A stretch of 29,679 bases of DNA from Candidatus Latescibacterota bacterium (lineage in GTDB: Bacteria; Latescibacterota; UBA2968; UBA8231), in NCBI GenBank assembly GCA_965205655.1, contig CBDBIJ010000043.1, forward strand, positions 1 through 29,679, given 5' to 3'. Positions 16,448 through 26,208 of this stretch are shown here, in pieces (position 1 is the first letter of the stretch; every line of letters begins with the position of its first letter). The notes under the pieces were generated by a model. The model made no database searches and was not told where the DNA came from. It saw only the letters and a program-made list of their open reading frames with translations. The translations under genes were made by a program, and so were the position numbers.

Positions 16448-17653
16448 ATGACAATCCGCGCCGATCTCGACTGCGACGTCTTCGTGGTGGGCGCCGGCCC
16501 GGCCGGGTGCGCGGTCGCCTTTGCGCTGGCGCGCGAGGGATGGCGAGTCATCGTGGCGGAACGACTGCGCTATCCGGCGGACAAGCTGTGCGGCGAATTC
16601 CTCTCCGCTGACGGACTCTCCGTGCTCGAGAGGAGCGGCATGGGAGAGTCGCTCGGGCTCGAACAGTGTCCTCGTATCGAAGAGGTCGCGGTGACTGCCG
16701 CCGACGGCAGTGTGTGGGAGGCCCCTCTGCCACAACACGGCCTCGGTTGTACCCGGCGGCAGCTCGACTTCCGACTTTTGCAGGAGTGTCGGGCAGCCGG
16801 AGTTCAGGTGTTCGAGGGGATGCGAGTGCGCAGCGTCGAAGGTGAGCTCGAATCCGGGTTTGTCGCGCGAGGGGCTGGCGAGAGCCAGAGCGTACGTGCT
16901 CGCATCGTTGTCGCCGCTCACGGGAAGAGCGGTCGGCCCACATACGAGATGCCACGCATTGGCAACGGGCGGCTGCGGCAATCCCGAGCGTCGCCTCGCA
17001 AACAGCTGATGGCCCTCAAGCTCCACATTCCCGCGAGCGAGCAGGCGCTGGAACTGCTGCGAGGACGAGTCGAGTTGCATGGATTCCCGGGGGGATACGC
17101 CGGGCTGTGCGAAGTGGAGGGCGGGTTGATAAACCTCTGTCTGCTGACAGAGGCCGGCCGTTTTCGCTCTGCTGATGCCGACTGTGAGCGCTTCTGCTCA
17201 CAGTGGATGGCGAGGAACCCGATGCTGGCCGAGCGTCTGGCGCTACTTCAGCCTCAGTGGCAGGCGAGGCTGGCTGTCGCCAATTTGGAGTTCGGCTCGA
17301 TGCCGCGCCCACAAGGAGGCGTTCTGTGCCTCGGGGACGCCGCCGGATCTATCGCGCCGCTATGCGGCGACGGCATGTCCATGGCGCTGCGCGGCGCCGA
17401 GCTGCTCTGGCCTCTCGCCAACCGCTTTCTTGCCGGGTCGCTGTCGGATGCCGAGCTGGTCAAGGATTTTCACGTCTGCTGGCGGCGCGAGTTCCGCCGC
17501 CGGATAGCGCTCGGGTGTCTGCTCCAGTGGGCCTTGCTCGGTGACAGCAGGACGACTGTCGCGGTCCGACTTCTGGCTGCATTTCCGAAGTTGGGTAGAC
17601 GGCTGATACAGTCGACGAGAGGCCGCGCAGAGCTCAACTCGACAGCTGTCTGA
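16448..17653 (+). CDS. FAD/NAD(P)-dependent oxidoreductase (geranylgeranyl-reductase/aromatic-hydroxylase fold)
   Basis: VVGAGPAG, DKLCGEFLS, GDAAGSIAPLCGDGMSMA; start placed at ATG 16448. Confidence 0.88.
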   Translation: MTIRADLDCDVFVVGAGPAGCAVAFALAREGWRVIVAERLRYPADKLCGEFLSADGLSVLERSGMGESLGLEQCPRIEEVAVTAADGSVWEAPLPQHGLGCTRRQLDFRLLQECRAAGVQVFEGMRVRSVEGELESGFVARGAGESQSVRARIVVAAHGKSGRPTYEMPRIGNGRLRQSRASPRKQLMALKLHIPASEQALELLRGRVELHGFPGGYAGLCEVEGGLINLCLLTEAGRFRSADADCERFCSQWMARNPMLAERLALLQPQWQARLAVANLEFGSMPRPQGGVLCLGDAAGSIAPLCGDGMSMALRGAELLWPLANRFLAGSLSDAELVKDFHVCWRREFRRRIALGCLLQWALLGDSRTTVAVRLLAAFPKLGRRLIQSTRGRAELNSTAV

Positions 17654-19600
17654 TTTCCTCGATCGCCTCGGGGTTGACCAGACCCGAAATGTCTCCCAGC
17701 GCCTCGCGCAAGTAGGCGTTCCGGATGACGCGACGCATCACCTTGGCGCTCCTCGTCCTCGGTAGATCGGTGACAAAAAAGAGGCCCCCCGGTTTCAACG
17801 GTCGACCCATGTTTGTCGCGATGAGGTCGGTCAACTCCGCTTTCAGCTCTTCACTCCCGCCGCTCACCCCCACCGATAGTACGCAAAAACAGATGACCTC
17901 CGTCTCCCCTTGATCTGGTGCGGGACTCCGACGGCGCCGGCCTCGATGACCTGCGGATGGCTCACGAGGACGGATTCGAACTCGGCGGGGCCCACCCGCT
18001 TGCCCGCCACATTGATGGTATCGTCGGAGCGTCCGAGGATCCACCACTGGTCATCGTCGTCGACGACGGCCCAGTCTCCGTGGACCCAGGTGCCATCCCA
18101 GCGCGCCCAGTAGGTCTCGAGATAGCGGGCATCATCTTTCCAGAAACCACGGGTCATGCCGATCCACGGCGTGCGGATGACGAGCTCTCCTACCGCATTT
18201 CGAATCGGCTTGCCGGATTCGTCGACGACCTCGGCGCCCATTCCCGGGCACGAAGCCGAGAATCCCGCAGGCCTGAGCGGCCGCAGAGGGTTGCCCATGA
18301 CGATGCCACCACTCGTTTCCGTGCCCCCGGAGTAGTTGATGATCGGCCGTCGCTTCTGGCCGACATTGTCGAACAGCCACATCCACGGATCGGGGTTCCA
18401 GGGCTCGCCCGTGGAGGCAAAGGCTCTCAGGGAACTCAGGTCGTGTTCCTTCACAGGTTCGTCGCCATGGGTCTTGAGCATGCGAACGAGGGTCGGCGAG
18501 ACTCCGAGGACGTGAATGCCGTGCTTCTCGACCATTTCCCACAGGCGGTCGGGACCTGGGTAATCGGGCGCCCCTTCGTAGACGACGCACGTCGCTCCGA
18601 GCACACCCGAACCGATGACGAGCCAGGGCCCCATCATCCAGCCCATGTCCGTGAGCCAGCAGATGACCTCGCCGGCGTGGATGTCCGCTCCGAAACACAT
18701 GTCCTGGGTCGCCTTGGACGGGAAACCGCAGTGGGTGTGAACGGCACCCTTGGGCCGCCCGGTGGTACCGGAGGTGTATATGATCATCAGCAGATCTTCG
18801 GCCTGTGTGGATTCGAAGTCGGCTTCATCCGACTGCCCGGGCACCACATCGTGCCACCACACATCTCTGCCGTCCAGCATTGGAACTGATTGTCCCGTCG
18901 TGCGCACCACCAGGATATGGCGGAGGCTCGGCACCTCGGTCGCCGCTTCGTCGGCTATCGGCTTCATGGCAACGGGCTTGCCGCGGCGGTGCTGACCATC
19001 GGAGGCGATGAGCCCGGTGGCACCGGCGTCGTTCAACCTCTCGACGACAGCTCCCGCCCCGAATCCTGAGAACAAGGGCAACACGATGCCGCCGATCCTG
19101 GCGATCGCCAGGAAGGCGACGACGATCTCCAGGGTCATCGGCATGAACAGTCCGATTGGATCGCCCTTGCCAAAACCGAGAGCTCGCAATGCGTTGGAGC
19201 AGCGGTTTACCTCCGCTGCGAGCTCGGCGTACGTGAGGCGCCGGGCGGTGCCGTCCTCGGCTTCGGCGATCACGGCCACGCGTCGAGACGTTGTCGGATC
19301 GGCAAGCCATTTGTCGAGACAGGTCGCGGTGATGTTCAACTGGCCATCGACGCACCATTTTGGCAACTGAATTCCCCGGGAGAGATCGACGACTTTGGAG
19401 TAGGGCCGTTGGAACCGAATGTCGAGGAACTGGAGCAGCGCCTCCGTAAACCAGGCCGGATCAGTCGCTGAGCGTTCGAGCAGCTCCTCGTAGGAGGAGA
19501 CGGAGTGGCGGTCCATGAAGGCCTTCAGGTTGCTGCGGGAGATATCCTCCTCCGTCGGCCGCCAGACCACCTCGCCGCCAAAATCGAATGCTTCGGTCAT
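17634..19600 (-). pseudogene. Acetate/acyl-CoA ligase (AcsA-like), frameshifted near 17905-17910
   Basis: YTSGTTGRPKG, SGGTE, HGD, GRSDD. The C-terminal LPRTRSAKVMRR (catalytic Lys region) is in a different frame after ...PHQIKG. May be intact if the indel is a sequencing error. Confidence 0.85.
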
Positions 19601-19675
19601 GCGAAGATCTCAATTCCTATATTCCACGAGTTTGCGCCTCAATTATCGGATACAACGTCAAAAGGACCTAATCGA

Positions 19676-21547
19676 TTGCACCCGATTGTAGAGTTGGGGT
19701 GGCACGGCCCTGAGAACCGCTTCGCCCACACCATCTTCGACGACTGGTTCGGTAGTGTTCAAGCGCGCTCCATCGACGAGGTCGTGCCGGCGATTGACGA
19801 GGTCGAAACGTCGGTGAGGGAGAGACGCCTTCACGCAGCCGGTTTCGTCAGCTACGAAGCGGCGTCCGGTTTCGATTCAGCGCTGGCGACGCGGCCGCCC
19901 ACCGACCTGCCGCTCGTCTGGTTCGGCCTGTTCCGCAAGCGAATTCAGGCCGATCTGGCGGGCTCCGGTAGCTGTTCGCCGCCTGTGTGGGTTCCCTCCG
20001 TCAGTGAGGCGGTGTACGAATCCGCATTGGCGCGTATCGCCGAGTACATCAGTGCCGGAGATACCTATCAGGTGAACTACACGATAAAGCTGAGAGCGGC
20101 GTTTCAGGGTCAGCCGCTCGCCCTCTACAGGCAGCTGTGTCGCTCTCAGGGTCGCGGTTATTGCGGCTTCGTCGACACGGGTGCCCACACCATTCTGTCT
20201 GCTTCACCGGAGCAGTTCTTCTCACTCGAAGGTGGCGAGCTCACCGCGCGCCCGATGAAAGGAACGCGGAAGCGCGGGCGCTGGCTCGAGGAGGACGCGA
20301 AACTTTCGCGCCAGCTGGCGACCTCTTCAAAGGAGAGGGCGGAGAACGTGATGATCGCCGATCTCCTGAGGAACGATCTCGGACGCGTCTCCCAGGCGGG
20401 CAGTGTCGCCGTACCCAGCCTCTGGGAGGTGGAGAAATACGAGACGGTGTGGCAGATGACGTCGACGGTCCGATCGCGCCTGCGGCCGGAGGTCGGTCTG
20501 AGCGAGCTTTTCGCCGCTCTGTTTCCGTGCGGCTCAGTCACGGGGGCGCCCAAGGTGCGGACCATGGAGATCATCGCCGAGCTGGAGAACGAGCCGCGCG
20601 GCGTTTACACCGGATGTGTGGGGTACGTGTCGCCGGACGGGCCGACACCCCCGGTGCCCACGCGCCTTGGTGGCATCCAGGCCAGCTTCAACGTCGCCAT
20701 ACGCACAATCAGCATCGACCAGTCGAGTGGTGGGCAAGCGGAGTTCGGCGTTGGCGGTGGTGTCACGCATTACTCCACAGCTGCGGCAGAGTACGAAGAA
20801 TGCATGACGAAGGCGAGAGTGCTGAGCCATCAACGACCTGATTTCTCGCTTCTCGAGACGCTGCTGTTCGAGGCGCAAGGGGGGTACTTTCTCCTCGAGC
20901 GACATCTGGCACGGCTCGAAGAATCGGCCCATTACTTCGGAATTCCCTGCGACACCGCGAAGGTGAGGTCTGCTCTCGAGGCAGAGGTCGTGAGGCGAGA
21001 TGCGAGCAACACAGATCTGAAAGTCCGGCTGACAATGTCAGAAAGTGGGAAGATCTACGTTGTGTCGCAGTCAATGAGTCGAGCGGAACCAGCGACTCCA
21101 ATCAGGGTTGCCATCGCCGCGGAACCGGTAGACGACGGCGATCCATTCCTGTATCACAAGACCACGAATCGGCGGGTATACGAGGACCGTCTCAATCAGC
21201 TTTCCGGGTATGACGACGTGCTGCTCTACAATCAGCGAGGCGAGCTCACGGAGTGTTGCATCGGCAATGTCGTCGTCGAGCGAAACGGTGAGCACCTGAC
21301 GCCGCGGCGGGACTGCGGCCTACTCGCGGGAACCTATCGCGCCGAGTTGCTGGAATCGGACCGAATTCGGGAAGCGGTTATCGGAGTCGAGGAGCTCTAT
21401 TCAGCAGATAGCCTGTTCATGATCAACTCGGTGCGACGCTGGGTGAAGCTCGAGTTGGTGGGGGACCCGGCCGAGGCAGTTCGGGCGAGTTGCCGGCCTA
21501 CTATAGATTCGCTGAGGCGCTGTCCATGGGTGACAGACTCGTCGTAG
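19676..21547 (+). CDS. pabB: Aminodeoxychorismate synthase component I fused to a class IV aminotransferase-like ADC lyase domain
   Basis: GDTYQVN, SASPE, PMKGT, KERAENVMIADLLRNDLGR, FPCGSVTGAPK, then LLETL, HKTT, ELTE, GLLAGT. TTG 19676 lies behind AAAGGA. Confidence 0.9.
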   Translation: MHPIVELGWHGPENRFAHTIFDDWFGSVQARSIDEVVPAIDEVETSVRERRLHAAGFVSYEAASGFDSALATRPPTDLPLVWFGLFRKRIQADLAGSGSCSPPVWVPSVSEAVYESALARIAEYISAGDTYQVNYTIKLRAAFQGQPLALYRQLCRSQGRGYCGFVDTGAHTILSASPEQFFSLEGGELTARPMKGTRKRGRWLEEDAKLSRQLATSSKERAENVMIADLLRNDLGRVSQAGSVAVPSLWEVEKYETVWQMTSTVRSRLRPEVGLSELFAALFPCGSVTGAPKVRTMEIIAELENEPRGVYTGCVGYVSPDGPTPPVPTRLGGIQASFNVAIRTISIDQSSGGQAEFGVGGGVTHYSTAAAEYEECMTKARVLSHQRPDFSLLETLLFEAQGGYFLLERHLARLEESAHYFGIPCDTAKVRSALEAEVVRRDASNTDLKVRLTMSESGKIYVVSQSMSRAEPATPIRVAIAAEPVDDGDPFLYHKTTNRRVYEDRLNQLSGYDDVLLYNQRGELTECCIGNVVVERNGEHLTPRRDCGLLAGTYRAELLESDRIREAVIGVEELYSADSLFMINSVRRWVKLELVGDPAEAVRASCRPTIDSLRRCPWVTDSS

Positions 21548-21666
21548 TTTCAAGGGGCCGCATTCTGCAACAGCCGATCGGGGCATCTTGTGGCCCCGCG
21601 AGGCAAGGGGTGAAGGAGCCCCCACATTTGGCGTCGCCCGAAGGTCGACAAAGGAAATGACTGCAA

Positions 21667-22924
21667 TTGAACCGCGAGATTGACGTACTCGTCATCGGCG
21701 CCGGCGTCATCGGCATTTGTTCCGCCCACTACATCTCCGCAGCAGGCCGTCAGGTCACGGTCGTGGAGAAGGGCGAGGTCTGCTCGGGGGTGCTCCTACG
21801 GCAACGCCGGCATGCTCGTACCCAGCCACAGCGTACCCCTGTCGGCACCAGGGGTCGTGCGCCAGGCCCTGAAGTGGCTGCTCAATCCCGAAAGTCCATT
21901 CTACGTTCGCCCCCGCCTCGACATCGATCTGATTCGCTGGCTCATCCGGTTCTGGCTTTCGAGCAGCCGGCGTCACAGTGCTCGCGCCGTGCCTCTGCTG
22001 CGCGATCTGAGCTTCGCCAGCCTGAGGCTGTATGACGAGCTGGCGCAACTGCCGGGCGTCGAGTTTGGACTGCAACGCCGCGGTCTGATCAACCTGTGCA
22101 GGACCGAGAAGGGACTGGAGCACTGCGCGGCTCAGGCGGCAGCGCTTGCCGCCCAGGGTATCCGAGCGCGTCGCGTAGACCGCTCAGAAATCGCCGAGTT
22201 GGAACCGAATGTGGAGACGACGGCCTGCGGCGGTGTCTACTATGAGGAGGACTGCCACCTCACCCCGGTGCGATTCGTCAGGGAGATGGCCGGGCACGTG
22301 CAGAGCAATCGAGTCGACATTCTCACCGGTACCGAGGTGCTGGGATTGGAAAGTAACGGGTCCAGGATTACCACTGTGAGGACGACTCGCGGGGAACTGT
22401 GCCCCCGGGAGGTGGTGCTGGCGGCCGGCTCGTGGTCGCCGCAACTGGCGCGGGACCTGTCACTGCGCATCCCCATCCAGCCCGCCAAGGGGTATTCGGC
22501 CACCTTCAAGAGGCCGGACCCCAGTCCTTCGATGCCCCTCGTATGCGAGGAAGCCCGGTTCGGCATCACGCCGATGGGAGAGACCCTCCGCATCGCGGGA
22601 ACCCTCGAACTCGCTGGATTCGACCTGGCCATCAATGAGCTCAGAGTGCGCACCATCCTGCGTTCGGTTCCGCAGTTTCTGCCGCAGCTACAGCCGGAAA
22701 AGATGGAGTTGATCGAACTCTGGCGCGGTTTGAGACCGTGCTCGCCGGATGGGCTGCCGTATCTCGGTAGACCGAAAACCTTAGAGAATCTCGTCGTAGC
22801 TGCCGGTCACGCCATGATCGGGGTCTCCCTTGGTCCGATCACCGGCAAGCTCGTTGCCGAGCTCGTAGCCGGAGAAGAGCCCTCGATCGATCTGGGGTTG
22901 TTGCGGGTGGAACGCTACGGATGA
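21667..22924 (+). pseudogene. DadA-like FAD-dependent D-amino acid dehydrogenase with a +1 G at 21786-21790
   Basis: VIGAGVIG in one frame; SYGNAG, PAKGYS, WRGLRPCSPDG, GHAMIG in the next. Deleting one G of the G5 run restores CSGCSYGNAG. Possibly a sequencing error. Confidence 0.85.
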
Positions 22925-22931
22925 GGTCGCC

Positions 22932-23780
22932 GTGAGTGAGAAAGCCGCGCTGCTTCAGGAGAAGAAGAAGAATGGTGAGAAGATCGTCGTGCTCACCTGC
23001 TACGACTATCCCACCGCTCTTCTGGAGGAGGCGGCAGGTGTCGACGTCGTCTTCGTCGGTGACAGTGTCGGCACGAATGTGCTGGGATATTCACACGAGC
23101 GCGAGGTGACGCTGGACGACATGATCCACCACCTCAAAGCCGTGCGCCGCGGCGTCAGCGACGCCTACCTGCTCGTCGATATGCCGCATCAATCCTACTC
23201 AACTGATTCGGTAGCGCTCGACAATGCCCTGAGGCTGCTCTCCCTCGGCGCCGACGGCGTCAAGCTGGAGGGACTTCACGAAGGCCCGGTGCGTACGCTG
23301 AGCGCGCGTCAGATCGATGTCTGGTGTCATCTCGGCCTGAACCCGCAGCTCCACGTCAAGAAGAAACTCAAGGCCACGACGGCAGCAGCGGCAGTCGATC
23401 TCATCGACGACGCTCTCGCCCTCGAAGAGGCGGGCGCCGCGTTCATGGTGCTGGAGATGATTCCGGAAGAGGTGGCTTGCGTCGCCACGGAGCGGTTGGC
23501 GATTCCGACGATCGGAATCGGGGCGGGCCGGTCTACCGACGGACAGGTTCTCGTCGTCACTGATCTCCTGGGAATCAACGATGCTGATTTTCGCCACGTG
23601 ACCAGGAATGAGGAGTTTCGGATTCGCGGCGGCGATGCTGTGCGAAAGTATGCCGAGGATGTTCGATCAGGGAGCTTTCCCTCTCGGGAAAACGCTTGGC
23701 ATCTCAAGAAGAACGAGAGGGAGGATTTCACGAGGCGAATCAATCGATCGCGAAGTGAGCCTCGAGCCGGGGGAGATTGA
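22932..23780 (+). CDS. panB: 3-methyl-2-oxobutanoate hydroxymethyltransferase
   Basis: LTCYD, VGDS, VDMP, VKLEG, HLGLNPQ, LE, TIGIGAG, DGQVLV. Confidence 0.95.
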   Translation: MSEKAALLQEKKKNGEKIVVLTCYDYPTALLEEAAGVDVVFVGDSVGTNVLGYSHEREVTLDDMIHHLKAVRRGVSDAYLLVDMPHQSYSTDSVALDNALRLLSLGADGVKLEGLHEGPVRTLSARQIDVWCHLGLNPQLHVKKKLKATTAAAAVDLIDDALALEEAGAAFMVLEMIPEEVACVATERLAIPTIGIGAGRSTDGQVLVVTDLLGINDADFRHVTRNEEFRIRGGDAVRKYAEDVRSGSFPSRENAWHLKKNEREDFTRRINRSRSEPRAGGD

Positions 23781-25611
23781 CACTCACGAGTTTGAGGCGC
23801 AATGCCGAGTTGAGCGGTGTTAGCGCGTCCTTCAAATGCACGTCGCTTTCGAATGCGAGTTCGGGAATGAAGATCGTGCCGCGGGAGCCGCGCCGATCGA
23901 CCACAATGGTTTCTCCGCGCCATTCCGGTCGTTGCTCGAAATACACCAGGGTCCAGTGACGCCTTACCAGCCGCTCCGTCTGCCGCACCGTAGCGGCGAC
24001 CTCCTCCGTCGCACCGAGACGCTCCACGACTTCCGTCTCCGATAGCAGCTCCATGCCGGCCTGATGCGCCCGCAATTGCTGGTGGGCGAGCAGATCGGCG
24101 TATCGCCTCAACGGGCTCGTGGCTCTCGAGTAGACGTCGAGGCCCAGACCGGCATGGGTCCCTGGCGACACGCTCGTGCGGCTCGGGGGCTGCCGCCTCC
24201 GGAGGGCGAACATACCCGCCAACCCGTCGGTCTCTACTGGGTCACTGGACTGGGCTGACGGGGCTTGGGTCGCAAAAGGGAAGGGGATGCCCTGCTCTGC
24301 GGCGTATGCTGCGACCGCCTCACCGACGGCGATCATCGCCTCGGCGACCATCTCCCGACTCTCGAATGGGGGAAGGGGATGGATGGCCGGTCGCACTTCG
24401 GTTCCCGAACTCGAGTTGCCATCGACGACGATTCTTACATCGGGCAGCGAAATAGAGATAGCTCCGCGCGAGATTCGGCGCTCGCGACGGAGGGTGGCGA
24501 GGCGGCGGAGTCCTGAGAAGGGGGCTTCCTCTCTGCGCAGTTCCGCCTCCGCATAGGTGATCCTCCGAACAGCCACCGTGCTGGGAACGATATGAAGGTC
24601 GCGAATCTCGCCGTCGTCGCTGACATCGAGGCCGAATGAAAGGGCTGGAGACACCTCGGCCAGCCCGAGAGCCAGACCCTGGGTAAAGCCGTCTGGCAGC
24701 ATCGGCACCCGCCGGTCAGGCAGATACACAGTGGTACCTCGCGCTCGCGCCTCGATATCCACCTCGCTGGCGGGGGAGATGGCGGCCGCCACATCGGCTA
24801 TGTGGACCCAGAGGCGATCGCCTTCGAGACTGATCGCATCGTCGGGATCGGTGCTGCCCTCGTCATCGATGGCGAAGGAGTCGAGATGGGTCAAATCGAG
24901 CCGCTCCTCCGCCGGCAGATCAAGTGAGAGGTCGAGCGGCGCCGCGAGATTGAGTCCGGACCGCTCGAGGCCGGGGACTCTGGAGCTGTCCCAGCGCTCG
25001 ATCTCCAGCAGCAGCGAATGGGCGTTCTCCTCGCTCTGCGCTCGTCCCAGCCCCCTCAGGAGGCGGCAGCTCTGGCGTCGCCCGCAGGCCAGGTCCTCCA
25101 CCTCCACAAGGAAGTGGCTCTCCTCGGTAACTCTTTCGCCGCCGGCAATGCGCGCCACGAGTTCGTCGAGCTGGCGCTGTGCGGTTTCCCGTGCCTCCCG
25201 CTTCGCCTTTTCCCCCGCAACCACGTCTGCCTCCCGTGCGTGAATCTCGTCCGGTGGTCCCTCGAAGTAGAGACCGTCATCGACCAGGCGCCAGGCAGCT
25301 AGCGCGGCGGGCGGCGAGTATTCCCCAAAGACGAGCTCCGACAACTCCCGCAGGTTGGAAGATTGGCCGCGGAGGATCTCTGCAACCGTCTCGATATCAT
25401 CTGCAGGAGGTGCGGATTCGATGTCACTCAGGCTGCGCAGCGGCCCCGGGTGCAGCAGCAAGAGATCCTTTGGCCGCACCTTCTTCGTCTCCCAGGGGCC
25501 GGAGGAATCCTCTCGTGGAGGGATCTCTATGAACAGTCGCTCACCCTCCTGGTTCTTGACCAGTGCCGGCCGGCCTTTATACAGTACGAGACATTCGGGA
25601 GGGAGGTTCAT
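23740..25611 (-). CDS. RNase II/R family (RNB domain) exoribonuclease
   Basis: IDDEGSTDPDDA catalytic Asp motif, VHIADV, TVYLP, HAGLG, TSPLRRYADL. Confidence 0.93.
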   Translation of the reverse strand: MNLPPECLVLYKGRPALVKNQEGERLFIEIPPREDSSGPWETKKVRPKDLLLLHPGPLRSLSDIESAPPADDIETVAEILRGQSSNLRELSELVFGEYSPPAALAAWRLVDDGLYFEGPPDEIHAREADVVAGEKAKREARETAQRQLDELVARIAGGERVTEESHFLVEVEDLACGRRQSCRLLRGLGRAQSEENAHSLLLEIERWDSSRVPGLERSGLNLAAPLDLSLDLPAEERLDLTHLDSFAIDDEGSTDPDDAISLEGDRLWVHIADVAAAISPASEVDIEARARGTTVYLPDRRVPMLPDGFTQGLALGLAEVSPALSFGLDVSDDGEIRDLHIVPSTVAVRRITYAEAELRREEAPFSGLRRLATLRRERRISRGAISISLPDVRIVVDGNSSSGTEVRPAIHPLPPFESREMVAEAMIAVGEAVAAYAAEQGIPFPFATQAPSAQSSDPVETDGLAGMFALRRRQPPSRTSVSPGTHAGLGLDVYSRATSPLRRYADLLAHQQLRAHQAGMELLSETEVVERLGATEEVAATVRQTERLVRRHWTLVYFEQRPEWRGETIVVDRRGSRGTIFIPELAFESDVHLKDALTPLNSALRLKLVSVNLPRLEAHFAID

Positions 25612-25767
25612 GGTTTCGGAAACTGGACTATTGCTTGTGAGAATGGCGCGTCGCGACTGCGTCAGAAGCTATCCAGGCTCGATCGAGACCACAACCCGGA
25701 TGCGCTTGAAATGAACGGCGCGAGCGAACCCGGTCGCACCGCCGAGCCGGCGGATGTGCAACACCTC

Positions 25768-26208
25768 CCGGCTGTGCGGCATCATCATGAGTGAATCGGC
25801 GCTCGGATACTGGCTCGTCGTCATCGCTTTCGCCGCCGCTCTGGCGGCCCTCATGTCGACGGCAAGATCTGCTCCTGGGTGATCGTCGCCATCCTCGTCG
25901 TCGTCGCCATCGGCACCGAGAAGACCTTGGTGCGGCTGCTGGAGTTGAAGTTCGAGGTTCTGATCCAGATCGCACCATGCTTTCTCCTGGGGCTGTATTG
26001 GCGGTATCTTTCATCTGAGACGGTGGCGTTGGGCATGGTCGCGGGACTCGCAATGGCGCTGGGATTGACCTGGACGGGCCAGGCGCGATTGCTGGGTTTT
26101 CACGCCGGCGTCGTCGGGCTCGGCATCAACCTGTCGATTTGTGCGATCGGCACTCTCTACAATCAACACGTTCGTCGCAATGGAGGTCGAATATGCACGT
26201 GTTCATGA
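25768..26208 (+). pseudogene. Sodium:solute symporter (SSS family) C-terminal remnant with an internal deletion
   Basis: RLCGIIMSESALGYWLVVIAFAAALAALMSTA breaks at about 25862 and resumes in another frame as GKICSWVIVAIL...LGLYW...GMVAG...GLGIN. The 5' boundary is approximate. Confidence 0.75.

Noticed and set aside
17918..18889. 323-aa plus-strand ORF
   Set aside because: Antisense to the acyl-CoA ligase.
19505..19675. N-terminal extension of PabB in the ORF track
   Set aside because: It overlaps the divergent ligase start; TTG 19676 has a ribosome-binding site.
21605..21650. Glycine riboswitch (GAAGGAGC upstream of an amino-acid oxidase)
   Set aside because: The companion GGAGA and CUCUCAGG elements are absent.
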